This document shows, piece by piece, positions 26,394 through 38,395 of a stretch of 64,000 nucleotides of DNA. The notes under the pieces are model-generated. The model searched no databases. It was not told the origin of the DNA and saw only the letters and a list, made by a program, of their open reading frames with translations. Where the stretch lies: NCBI RefSeq assembly GCF_006345805.1, contig NC_043022.1, positions 5,890,001 to 5,954,000 of the forward strand, given 5' to 3'. The translations under genes and the position numbers were made by a program. Each line of letters opens with the position of its first letter. Within the stretch, counting starts at the first letter, position 1. The stretch comes from Octopus sinensis (lineage: Eukaryota).

Positions 26394-26780
26394 GGCACAG
26401 GCATGGCTGCATGGTAAGAAGCTTGCTTCCCAACCACATGGTTCTAGGTTCAGTCCCACTGCATGGCACGTTGGGCAAGTGTTTTCTACTATAGCCTCGG
26501 GCCAACCAAAGCCTTGTGAGTGGATTTGGTAGGTGGAAACTGAAGGAAGCCCACCATATATATATATATATGGGGGGTGGTCTGTGTTTGTCCCCATCAT
26601 CGCTTGACAACCGATGTTGGTGTGCTTACGTACTCGTAACTTAGTGGTTTGGCAAAAGAGACCAATAGAATAAATACTAGGCTCACAAAGAACAAGTCCT
26701 GGGGTTGATTTGCTCGACTAAAGGCGGTGCTCCAGCATGGCCGCAGTCAATTGACTGAAACAAGTAAAAGAAAAAAGAAA
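26394..26780 (+). mobile_element. SINE family A, full length
   Basis: Colinear copy, GGCATGGCTG head variant. Confidence 0.88.
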
Positions 26781-26787
26781 ATTTATT

Positions 26788-26836
<49 letters not shown>

Positions 26837-26973
26837 TATACACATACGCATATATGGGGTGGGGAGAGAGGCGACATAGTCAAACCTAATTTCAAACTTG
26901 GGGGAAAAACTCAAAACAATTTTTGAACTTAGATTTATGTGTTATTTGTCAGTTTTGCTGCTCAACATATTCT

Positions 26974-27046
<73 letters not shown>

Positions 27047-27558
27047 CTCCCCTCTTCCTCTCTCTTTCTCTCACACGTGCATGCATACAACCCAATTATT
27101 CTTACAGTCCCACGTACACAAACACACACTCAGAGCTTCCAGTCTGCCTCGCACCCACATAGTCGCATGTAAATACCCTTGGTTCTGCAGGCATTTTTAT
27201 CAGAAGTGACAATATTTGTCAGAGATCAAAAAAGAGAAATGTCACATGTAAGTGGAACTAGATGCTCCGCCCTTTTCTCTCCCTCACCCTCTCCCCCGCC
27301 CCATACATGCACACACTTGTTTTCATTAGCAGATTTGCTACAGTAACTCAAGGGCCTTCAGCTATAGGCCACAGCACTTATCAAATGCTATGTGTGTATT
27401 TTTAGAGAAATAACATCAGAGGTTGACTGTGACATCATGCTTCACTGTTGTAGCTGTGGAGTTAGGAAATCTGCTTTCCAACTACAGCATTTGGGGGTTC
27501 AACCCCACTTAACGCCACCAGTCCAGAGTAGAACATGTGTCACTACATGACCGGAAAA

Positions 27559-27599
<41 letters not shown>

Positions 27600-27771
27600 T
27601 CTTTACTCTCTCTTTTACTCTTTTACTTGTTTCAGTCATTTGACTGCGGCCATGCTGGAGCACCGCCTTTAATCGAGCAACTCAACCCCGGGACTTATTC
27701 TTTTGTAAGCCCAGTACTTATTCTATCGGCCTCTTTTGCCAAACCGCTAGGTAACGGGGACATAAACAGCC

Positions 27772-27972
27772 TCATCTGGCACCTGTGCCGGTGGCACGTA
27801 AAAAGCACCCACTACACTCATGGAGTGGTTGGCGTTAGGAAGGGCATCCAGCCGTAGAAACATTGCCAGATCAGACTGGGCCTGGTGCAGCCTTCTGGCT
27901 TCCCAGACCCCAGTTGCACCATCTAACCCATGCCAGCATGGAAAGCGGACACTAAATGATGATGATGATGAT
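27772..27972 (+). mobile_element. Retroposon family C, 5'-truncated, abutting a SINE-A 3' half (27600-27770, minus)
   Basis: Same 3' module and (GAT)n tail. Confidence 0.8.
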
Positions 27973-28451
27973 AAGTATAGCATCTGTAGATGTATGTTGA
28001 ACACACACACATATATACATACAAACACACGTGTATATACACACACATACACACACACAAGAGTTTTTTTTTATATATTTATGTATTGGAATGCTGCAAG
28101 CTGTGTGTTACAGGGTTTGAAACAGTGGATACACACACACACACACACACACACACCACACACACACACACACTGAACTTAACAACAGCCACTGATGGGG
28201 GGGTGGAGGGGGAAGAGAGGGAGGCTGGCAGGCAGGCAGGGGTGATGTTCTAATCCCAGAATCAGCAGATATGTATATGTGAACTTTTGAAATAGCAGCA
28301 AGCAGTCCTGTTGTCCTTCCAGGCTCACATTACCAAAGACTGGCTGCAACCTGCAAAATGCCTGTGATTGGAGGAGTCTGAGAACGTTGGTAACGAGAGC
28401 AGAGGTAGTGATAGGCAATCGTAAAGAATTATTGTTCTAAACCAGCCAAAC

Positions 28452-28514
28452 TATTTGCTTTCTCCCTCTTTCTCTCTCTCTCTCTCCTTCTCTCTCTCCC
28501 TCTCTCTCTCTCTC

Positions 28515-28546
<32 letters not shown>

Positions 28547-28676
28547 CCTCTCTCTCACTCTCCCTCTCTCTCACTCTCCCTCCCCCTCTCTCCCTCTCTC
28601 TCACTCTCCCTCCCCCTCTCTCCCTCCCTTCCTCTCTCTCTTTCTCTGCCTCTCCCTCTCTCTCCCTCCCCCTCTC

Positions 28677-28708
<32 letters not shown>

Positions 28709-28780
28709 CCTCCCTTTTTCTCCCTCTCTCCCTCCCTCCCTCTCTCCCTCTCACCCTCTCCCTCTCCCCCCCTCTCTCTC
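28452..28780. repeat. Polypyrimidine (CT/CCT) low-complexity tract
   Basis: ~330 bp almost entirely C/T. Confidence 0.95.
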
Positions 28781-28925
28781 CAAGCTATCTGGCATACTTG
28801 TTAGGCTAACCCATACCGGTATGAAAAACAACAGACGTAAAAACAAATCAAGTGTAACTACTTCACTTGAGTAGGGAGCCAAACATTTACCATTTGAATG
28901 TCTCAGATACCCTGGCACAAAACTG

Positions 28926-28962
<37 letters not shown>

Positions 28963-29482
28963 ATTTACTCGGTAAGAAATTTACACCAATAATATAGGAT
29001 TAAAAAGAGGTGATGTGCTGGCTTTACTCTTTCAAACCAATGGCTATACATATGACATGCTTTCAGACAAAACCCTTATTAATGCCTTCAAACATTTCAG
29101 GCCTAAAAATAACCAGCACCACTCACCTAAATATCAGAAATTTCTTAAATATTATTCTCCCCATAACCACAGATGTAAACAGACAAACATTGGCGTTAGG
29201 AAGGGCATCCAGCCGTAGAAACACTGCCAGATCTGACTGGGCCTGATGAAGCCTTCCAGCTTCACAGACCCCAGTTGAACCGTCCAACCCATGCTAGCAT
29301 GGAAAACGGACGCTAAATGATGATGATGATGATGATGATGATTAGAGCAGTCCACCCAAGCTCCAAGTCCACCCTGGTCAAGTAGACTTTTAATCAAAGA
29401 TGTCCCACTTACTACTATCTCATCTTTTTTCCCCCTTTTCATACACACACACACACAATCTTTATATATATATACATATATA

Positions 29483-29680
29483 TATAATTGAAATTTATAG
29501 AAAAACGAAAGATGAAGACAGGTGTATGAACAACAAACAGGTGTATTAGTTTGATGCTTGGGAAAATGAAAGTCTTTTATGTTTCGAGCCTATGCTCTTC
29601 AACAGGAAGGAATAAGAGAAAATAAACGGAGAGAATTTAAAAAAAGCAGGTAGATTTCAGTGATCCAGCATGGTGAATGA
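29483..29680 (-). mobile_element. Family C repeat with atypical hammerhead-like motif (29574-29609)
   Basis: Minus strand CTTC-CTGTTGA-A-GAGC atag GCTC-GAAA-CA-TA-AAAG; shares AACTAATACACCTG..TTGTTCATACACCTGTCTTC with the 8.2-kb copy. Confidence 0.65.
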
Positions 29681-29721
29681 TATATATATTAGCACTGCGT
29701 ATATGTGCATACATTTTTGTA

Positions 29722-29931
29722 GGCGCGGGCATGGCTGTGTGGTTAGGGAGCTTGCTTCCTAGTTACATAGTTTCGGGTTCAGTCCCACTGCGTGGCACTT
29801 TGGGTAGGTGTCTTCCGCTATAGCCCCGAGCCGACCGGAGCTTTGTGATTGAATTCGGCAGGCGGAAGTTACTGCTGTGTGTGTACATGTGCGTGTAGGT
29901 GCTTGTGCCTCTCCGAAAGAGAGAGAGGGAT
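29722..29931 (+). mobile_element. SINE family A variant with distinct 3' tail
   Basis: GGCGCGGGCATGG...GGAAGTTACTG...GTGCCTCTCCGAAAGAGAGAGAGGGATA; sister copy at 34809-35019. Confidence 0.8.
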
Positions 29932-30139
29932 ATGTATATATCTATATATATTGCTATTTCCTCTGTTAAATTGTATCTTGACCTCCATAATCAAATGTGT
30001 AAGTAGGGTTATAGCATGAAAGAAGGAGAGATTCGGTCAAGCGATCAGATCGCAAGATGGCTCCCTCACTGACTCGCAACCATTCACCTGTAAAGATACA
30101 GCATGTGTGTGTGTGTGTGTGAGTGAGAGAGAGACTAAC

Positions 30140-30324
30140 ATCAAGTTGTTCCCCCATTCCTCCTCTCCCAGTCTCTCATCAAGATGTGATAATGGCTTTA
30201 AATGACATTCATTGAAGAGTTTATTGATTAGCTCCTCAAAGGAATTTATATATTCTTCGTTGTCCTGCAAGATTCTACAACTCTGGAAAATGCTTTTTAT
30301 TGATTTTTTTTGACATTTTCCAAT
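30140..30324 (-). CDS. Possible isolated coding exon, product unknown
   Basis: Acceptor TATTTTCAG| immediately after an in-frame stop, then 61 open codons IGKCQKKSIKSIFQSCRILQDNEEYINSFEELINKLFNECHLKPLSHLDERLGEEEWGNNL, then possible donor GTTAGT; no recognised domain. Confidence 0.25.
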
Positions 30325-31545
30325 CTGAAAATATTTTCAACAAAACTCCAACAACAACAACAACACTTTGATCCAAGGAACACACTTTGCTTTGCTTTCA
30401 TTTTTTTGTTTTCGTTTTTTATTGTTTTTGTGGGCTTTTTTTAAAAAATACTTATTTTTAAAAATACTTATTTTAATTATGAGAAGTTCACAGGTAATAG
30501 CTACTACTACTACTACTACAATTACGACCACCACTACTACTGCCACCACCACTACAACCACCACAACCTCCATCACTACCACCATCAACACTATCACCAC
30601 CACCATCACAACCACCACCACCTCCATAACCACTGCCATCACCACCACCACTGCTACTACTGTTGCTGCTGCTATTGCACCTCCAGTGAGATCAAGTCCT
30701 GCCAAAGTGTGCATTGCATTTCACCCCTCCTGGGTCAATAAGAAAAAACTATCTGTCAAGTAATGTGAGGCAGACATTGGAAGACAATTCTATGCCAGTC
30801 AATGGGGTGGTCATTTTTTGGAATTTATGATGCAGGAAGTCTGTGTGCATAGAAGCAGTTGTTTTCTAAGGGTGGAGGTTGTCTCCCTCCATTGAGAGCT
30901 TTGTGTGTGTGTGTGTGTGTGTTGTGGTGGTGGTGGTCATCAAAGGATTCACAAATGAAAACAAGGTCATTATCAGATTTCATAGAGAATCATAAGCACG
31001 TGTGTGTGTATCTGTATGCCTTTGTGTGTGTGTCTGTCTGTGTGTGTGTGTTGGAGTACGTCTGTATGTGTACGTGTGTATGTGTGTGTGTATCTCTCTC
31101 TCTGTATATGTATCTGTGTGTGTGTGTGTGTGTGTGTGTCCTTCAAAAAAGCATTGTCATGCAAGCAATGGTCTTGTATCTAGTTTTCTATGGAAGCACG
31201 TCAAGCCTTGGTGAAATATCTACTTGCTTGGAAACAGGTGAGAGTTAGTGACAGGAGAGGCATCCAACCATCAAAAATCTGCCTCAATAAAAACACCATC
31301 TAATCTTTACAAGCATGGAAAAGGGGACATTAAAATGGTGGCGATGGTGGTGGAGGATATGTGCATGTGTGCGCATGGTCCTGGTGGTTGGGGTTTTGCA
31401 CTCACAGTTGCTAGATCTTGGCCTTGAGCACACAATTCACTGCCCTTGGACTGGGCAACAAGTTGTGTTCTTGAGCAAGACACTTCATTTCATCTTGCTT
31501 CAGTCCACTCAGTTGTAAAGGGGTCACCCCTGCAATCGACTAGTC

Positions 31546-31631
31546 CAGTGGTTCCCAACCTTTCCACTATAAAGAACCCCCTTTTATTTAAATGAAGTTT
31601 TCCCATGGACCCCTTTTAATACACTTATCCT

Positions 31632-31667
<36 letters not shown>

Positions 31668-31750
31668 AAATTTTGAATTTAGTTCACAGATCCCCAGTAC
31701 TACTTTTACAGACCACCAGGGGTCCACAGACCCCAGGTTGGGAACCACCA
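31546..31750. mobile_element. hAT (Charlie-like) MITE
   Basis: TIR CAGTGGTTCCCAACC / GGTTGGGAACCAC; flanks GACTAGTC / (C)ACTAGTC, a CTAG-centred target duplication. Confidence 0.8.
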
Positions 31751-32243
31751 CACTAGTCCCTTGATCTGGGAGAATGTTGACCTAGTCACCCAGCCATCAG
31801 GGTGGCATCATTTAAAAGGTAAAACAATAGGAAGTGCATTGTGACCAGTGATGTATAACAATATCCGAAAGTCTGGCCAATACCATGATAGTCTGGTCAA
31901 TTTTCATGATACCATAATGTGTGTGTGTGTGTGTGTGAAAGGTATTCTGTTGGGGCAGAGTGATAGCTTCCTCCCAAATCTTTTTGCAATGCAGAATATA
32001 AATTCTAGATTTTTTTTTTGTATTTTTTTTTGTTTTCTGTTGGACTGTTGGACTGTCTCTGTCCCTGGCTGTTTATTCAAAGCAAAGATTTACGGCAATT
32101 TTAATTAATGTTACCAGAATAACAGCTGCAACATGTGTGAGATATTGGAATCACAATATCTGGATTGAATCAAACCACATGAAAACGAAAATCTTGAAAT
32201 AGTTCTGTGGAATAGTTCAGCTCCGGATCCATATTATAATACC

Positions 32244-32476
32244 TATTTCTTTACTACCCACAAGGGGCTAAACACAGAGGGGACAAACAAGGAAAGACAA
32301 ACGTGTTAAGTCGATTACATCGACCCCAGTGCGTAACTGGTACTTAATTTATCGACCGCGAAAGGATGAAAGGCAAAGTCGACCTCGGCGGAATTTGAAC
32401 TCACAACGTAACGCAGACGAAATACCGCTAAGCATTTCGCCCGGCGTGCTAACGTTTCTGCCAGCTCGCCGCCTTA
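32244..32476 (-). mobile_element. SINE family B, young
   Basis: Full-length; 16-bp TSD TCCATATTATAATACC (32228-32243, 32484-32499). Confidence 0.92.
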
Positions 32477-33202
32477 TATTATATCCATATTATAATACCA
32501 ATGTGTTCCTGGATGTTTCTGTACAGACTGGCATCTGTGAAAACTGGTCACACACTCTTTTGGTAAGAATGAATAAACATATAAACAGCTTCATAGATTG
32601 AAAGATACATCAAAACCTATATTGATAACTACATATATATATATATATATATATATACATACACACACACACATATATATATATACGTATACAGACACCC
32701 ATAATTATACGTACACACACACACACACATATCGTGACATATGCTAAGGAGCTGAGAAGGAATAAATACGGTGATAAGATTTGCGTGATAGCCGTGGAAT
32801 TTTGCTAATCTACTTTAAAGGGAATGTCAGGTGTTCTTAAAAGTCACGTTAATTGATGCTGTTTTTTGGCGCAAGATAGAACGACAGCTGACAATAGCTT
32901 TACTTATAGAATGCGGTTGTGGAGCTGATGGCTTTAGGTTCTTGGAACAAGAAACAGATGGACGGACAGATAGACAGACAGAGAGACAAACAGACAGACA
33001 TTCATGGTTTATTGCTTTCAGCTGAGAATTCTATCAACCTTTTGGCTATTTTTGCTATCTTCTTATTTTGCCATTTGAGCGAAATTCGAAAATTTGTCTG
33101 TAATTTCTTGCTGGTTGAGTAACCACATCAGAATGATTTATGTTTGTGTGTGTGTCTGTGTATATGTGTGTATGCATGTGTATGTGTGTGTGTATGGAAG
33201 CT

Positions 33203-33572
33203 CTCCATCGGTTACGACGACGAGGGTTCCGGTTGATCCGAATCAACGGAACAGCCTGCTCGTGAAATTAACGTGTAAGTGGCTGAGCACTCCACAGACA
33301 CGTGCACCCTTAACGTAGTTCTCGGGGATATTCAGCGTGACACAGAGAGTGACAAGGCCGGCCCCTTGAAATACAGGTACAACAGAAACAGGAAGTAAGA
33401 GTGAGAGAAAGTTGTGGTGAAAGAGTACAGCAGGGATCACCACCATCCCCTGCCGGAGCCTCATGGAGCTTTTAGGTGTTTTCGCTCAATAAACACTCAC
33501 AACGCCCGGTCTGGGAATCGAAACCGCGATCCTATGACCGCGAGTCTGCTGCCCTAACCACTGGGCCATTGC
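33203..33572 (-). mobile_element. tRNA-derived SINE, family D
   Basis: Head TGGCCCAGTGGTTAGGGCAGCAGACTCGCGGTCATAGGATCGCGGTTTCGATTCCC; 3' part homologous to 49330-49500. Confidence 0.8.
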
Positions 33573-33608
33573 ACACACACTTTTACTAAAGCCAAAACGG
33601 TTTCACAA

Positions 33609-33762
33609 ACTTCAGAGCTTCATGTAACCATTCATCCACTGAATAATGGCCATGTGAAACTCCGAGTAACAATCTGTGAAGTATTTTCAGCTTTAATAAA
33701 ATAGTATTTTGCTCTACCTTTGGTATTTGAGTACTATTTTTTCCCACCTTGTTTTTGCACCT
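33609..33762 (+). mobile_element. Family B repeat, decayed, opposite orientation
   Basis: GTGAAACTCCGAGTAACA...GCTCTACCTTTGGTATTTGAGTACTATTTTTTCCCACCTTG is the reverse complement of the family B tail. Confidence 0.7.
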
Positions 33763-34808
33763 ATATGCTTACTTATGTGCATACATATGTGTGCATGCGT
33801 GTGTGTGTGTGTGTGTGTACCCATTTAGTGTTGACCATCAGAAGAAAGAGTACTCAATACCATAGTAGGGGTTAATGATATATTGTATTTTGGTTGAGTC
33901 AGTCTCTTGTTCCTCCAAGTTTTACCTGTGGCAAATCAGGTAAGTTACAATTTGCTGGCAGAACCTGTTGACCCACAGGTGAAACTCAGAGTAAAAAGAG
34001 ATGAACTCAACCAAAGTAAAAATTTAGGTCATAAGTCTGTAGGTCAATGAGTCCAGAGTTTCTTTTGGTTTCCATGACTTTATAATTGACCAGCAGCACA
34101 ATTGACCCCTTTCCTCCTCTGACTGGGCCACGACTCTGTCACCGGGGTGCTACCTGAGTAAACCAACATGAATCTGAGTATTTTGCTCAGGAATATGACA
34201 CACTGCCGGGTCTGAGAATTGAAACCATGACTTTCTGATTGCATGCTAACTACAAGGCTATGCACCTAAACAACACACACATACATGTAAACACACGATA
34301 GGCTTCCATACAGTTTCTATATATGGAATTCCACTCAACAGGTGTTAGTAAATCCAAGGCAACGGGAGATCACGCTTGCTTAAGATGCTGTGGTGTGGGA
34401 TTGAACCTGGTACCATATTGTTGTGAAACAAACTCCTTAACCATGCCACTATACCTGCAATAATATAACATCGGTGACACATAAAGGGCACCCATGCTGG
34501 TGGCATGCAAAAGGCACCTACTACACTTTGTAAAGTGGTTGGCATTAGGAAAGGCATCCAACCATGGAAACCAAGTGAAATCACATTGGAACCTGGTGCA
34601 GTTCTTCAGCTTATCAGTTCTGGTCACACCGTCCAACCCAAGCCAGCGTGGAAAAATGGATGCTAAATTATGATGATGATGATGATGATGAATACATGAA
34701 TACAACACTTTAACGATATAACATATATCATAATACAACTATATAGTACAGTAACAATATATAAATATATGTGTGTGTGTATGTGTATATATATATATAT
34801 ATATTATA

Positions 34809-35019
34809 GGCGCGGGCATGGCTGTGTGGTTAGGGAGCTTGCTTCCTAGCTACATGGTTTCGGGTTCAGTCCCACTGCGTGGCACTTTGGGTAGGTGTCT
34901 TCCACTATAGCCCCGAGCCGACTGGAGCTTTGTGATTGAATTCGGTAGGTGGAAGTTACTGCCGTGTGTGTATGTGTGCATATAGCTGCTCAGTGCCTCT
35001 CCGAAAGAGAGAGAGGGAT
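34809..35019 (+). mobile_element. SINE family A variant with distinct 3' tail
   Basis: Near-identical to 29722-29931, with different flanks. Confidence 0.8.
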
Positions 35020-35612
35020 ATATATATATTCGATTAGAGGTTGTGTTAACCTCATGGAGGGATGGTTTCATCCAAGGAAATACTGGTTCAATACCTAGTA
35101 CTTTTGGGGGGAAATAATTTCCTTAAAATAATAGGTATATATATAAACATATAGTTTATATTCATATAAAAGAAGAAAAAGAAAATGGAGATTGGGAAGT
35201 TAATAATTGTTTATTATTAACAGCAAATTAGTTATCTTCACTTACAGCTGTTTCAATTAAAATATTCAGTAAATATTAAATTTAAATGAATGTGACATGA
35301 GCATAAAAAATATACATTTGGATGTTATATGTGTGCTTATGAAGTCATTCTAGCAGATATATATATCTATAATATATATAAATATATATATATAGTATAA
35401 TATAATATATATTATATATAATAATAATAATAAATTTTAGGGAATAGATCCAAATTTACAGGGAAAAATCAGATTTAGGATTGAATCCAATTTTATAGTA
35501 AAATATAATATAATATTAATTAGAGACAAAACCACTATTATGCAAATCAAACAAAGAAAGACTTAATCCAATACATAAAAATTTTTATATAAATTAAATA
35601 TAATTAAGATAT

Positions 35613-35658
35613 CCACTACGATCGTTTCTTGTCACTTCTATGGACATTCATCAGGTGG
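35613..35658 (-). ncRNA. Minimal type-I hammerhead ribozyme motif (family A, left arm)
   Basis: Exact reverse complement of 35687-35732. Confidence 0.85.
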
Positions 35659-35686
35659 TTTCAAGACCTTCTTTGCCAGTTTGAAA

Positions 35687-35732
35687 CCACCTGATGAATG
35701 TCCATAGAAGTGACAAGAAACGATCGTAGTGG
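35687..35732 (+). ncRNA. Minimal type-I hammerhead ribozyme motif (family A, right arm)
   Basis: CCAC-CTGATGA-ATGTC catagaagt GACAA-GAAA-CGATCG-TA-GTGG: stem I CCAC/GTGG, canonical core, stem II TGTC/GACA, palindromic stem III, UA cleavage site. Confidence 0.85.
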
Positions 35733-36532
35733 ATATCTTAATATATTTAATTTATATAAAATTTTTATGTCTTGGATTAAGTCTTTCTTTGTTTGATTTG
35801 CATAATAGTGGTTTTGTCTCTAATTAATATTATATATATATATATATATTATATATATATATATATACACACATACCTATATACGATGGGCTTCTTTCAG
35901 TTTCCATCTAATACCAAATCCATTCACAAGGCTTGGTTGATCTGAGGCTACTGTAGAAAACACTTGACCAAGGTTCCATGCAGTGGAACTGAACCCAGAA
36001 CCATGTGGTTGGGAAGCAAAAACATCTCTTTATAACTTTATGTAAGAAGTCGTGGAAGAATTAATGTATTTTAATTAAATGTCTCCCAATTATTGATTAT
36101 TTAAAATATTAATTAAAATACATGGATTTCGCATTTCATTAGAACAGTGATTGCCCTGAAAGAGTCAATTCCAAGACAAACCAATCCAAGCTGTTGCTGT
36201 TAAGACTCTGCTGGTCTGACCCCACAGACATCTGTTTCTTTTGATGATTAATGCTAATGAATTTAACGACATCGAAATAATTAACAATCAGTTGAATATA
36301 TTTACTGTAGACTTTAGACTGTGGTCGTTGTGTAGACAGAGAACTAATTGTAGATCGATAAGGTTGATGTATGAATGAGATAATGCTGTTCTGATGTTGA
36401 ACGTTTGTCAAAGAACAAAGATCACAGCTGTTTGTTGTTAACAGGGGTCAAACTGACCAACGTCCAAACCAAACTTTGACCCCTTCGTTGAATTGGTTTC
36501 CGGATTTTATTTATTTAATTTAACTCCTTCTC

Positions 36533-37710
36533 TGCATGTGTGTGTGTGTTTGTGTATGCGTGTGTTTGTGTGTGTGTGTGTGTATGCTTTTGTATGTGTG
36601 TGTGTATTTGTGTATGCGTGTGTTTGTGTGTGTGTTTGTGTGGTTTGTGTTTGTGTATGCTTTTGTATGTGTGTGTTGTATGTGTATGCGTGTGTTTGTG
36701 TGTGTGTTTGTGTGTGTGTGTGTTTGTGTATGCTTTTGTGTGTGTGTGTATTTTGTGCGTGGGTTTGTGTGTGTGTGTGTGTGTGTGTTTGTGTGCTTTG
36801 TATGTGTGTGTGTGTTGTGTAGCATGTGTTTGTGTGTGGTGTTTGTGTGTGTGTGTGTGTGTATGCTTTTGTATGTGTGTGTGTGTTTGTGTATGCGGTG
36901 TTGTGTGTGTGTTTGATGCTTTTGATGTGTGTGTGTATTTGTGTATGCGTGTGTTTGTGTGTGTGGTGTTTGGTGTGTGTGTGTTGTGTATGCTTTTGTA
37001 TGTGTGGGTGTTTGTGTATGCGGGTTTGTGTGTGTATTGTGTGTGTTGGTATGCTTTTGTATTGTGTGTGTGTATTGTGTATGCGTGTGTTGGTGTGTGT
37101 GTGTGTGGTGTGTGTGTTTGTGTATGCTTTTGTATGTGTGTGTGTATTTGTGTATGCGTGTGTTTGTGTGTGTGTGTGTGTGTGTTTGTGTATGCTTTTG
37201 TATGTGTGTGTGTATTTGTGTATGCGTGTGTTGTGTGTGTGTGTGTGTGTGTGTTGTGTATGCTTTTGTATGTGTGTGTGTATTTGTGTATGCGTGTGTT
37301 TGTGTGTGTGTGTATTTGTGTATGCTTTTGTATGTGTGTGTGTGTTTGTGTATGCGTGTTGTTGTGTGTGTGTGTGTGTTTGTGTATGCTTTTGTATGTG
37401 TGTGTGTATTTGTGTATGCGTGTGTTTGTGTGTGTGTGTATTTGTGTATGCGTGTGTTTGTGTGTGTGTGTGTTTGTGTATGCTTTTGTATGTGTGTGTG
37501 TGTTTGTGTATGCGTGTGTTTGTGTGTGTGTGTGTTTGTGTATGCTTTTGTGTGTGTGTGTGTGTTTGTGTATGCGTGTGTTTGTGTGTGTGTGTGTGTT
37601 TGTGTATGCTTTTGTATGTGTGTGTGCTTGGATACAAGTATTAGCGTATGTATGTATGTGCATGCATGTGTGTGCGTTGGTGTGTGTGTGTGTGTGTGTG
37701 TTCATGTTTA
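36533..37710. repeat. Compound GT-rich minisatellite
   Basis: (GT)n interspersed with TTTGTGTATGCTTTT and TTTGTGTATGCGTG modules over ~1.2 kb. Confidence 0.95.
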
Positions 37711-38005
37711 TGTAAGGACATGTGATTGTGTATAAATGCATTGGTGTATATGTGTTGATGTGTTTATGCACCTGGGAAATACAGGTACAAGACACCACCC
37801 TGCCTGGTGAAGCTGCACCAGCAAAGGTGCAGCATCCTACAAACACAACAGGATTGGAGCAGCACAAGGAAAATGCCAGCTGCACAAGTCCAGAGCCAAT
37901 TGCGTGCCATCGGTCCCAGCTGATCACCAGTGCTTGACCTTCATTTGGGCCTTCTGTGCACGCATCGGACTGAGTGACCACAGCCACATGTGCCATGTCC
38001 ACTAA

Positions 38006-38160
38006 TGTGGCTGTGTGGCAAAAAGCTTGCTTCCCAACCACATGGTTCCGGGTTGAGTCCTACTGCGTAGCACCCTGGGCAAGTGTCTTTTACTATAGCC
38101 TCGGGTTGACCATAGCCTTGTGAGTGGATTTGATAGATGGAAACTAAAAAGAAGCCCATC

Positions 38161-38206
<46 letters not shown>

Positions 38207-38395
38207 CTTTGTGTCTGTGTTTGTCCCTGCCCATCACCGCTTGACAACCGGTGTTGGTGTGTTTATGTCCCTGTAACTTCGCGATTGGGCAAAAAAGACC
38301 AACAGAATAAATGCCAGGCTTAAAAAATATAATTCCGGGGTCAGTTTGCGTGTGGTGCTCCAGCATGGCCACAGTCAAATAACTGAAACAAAATT
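38006..38395 (+). mobile_element. SINE family A, diverged
   Basis: Colinear copy. Confidence 0.85.

Larger units (their letters stand above)
35431..35835. mobile_element. Palindromic hammerhead-bearing repeat, family A (Penelope-like pLTR remnant)
   Basis: Inverted arms 35508-35664 and 35681-35835 (1 substitution, 2 single-base indels), 16-nt spacer; a ~77-bp unpaired tail on the left (35431-35507); flanked by TA-rich tracts; related copy at 55531-55795. Confidence 0.8.
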
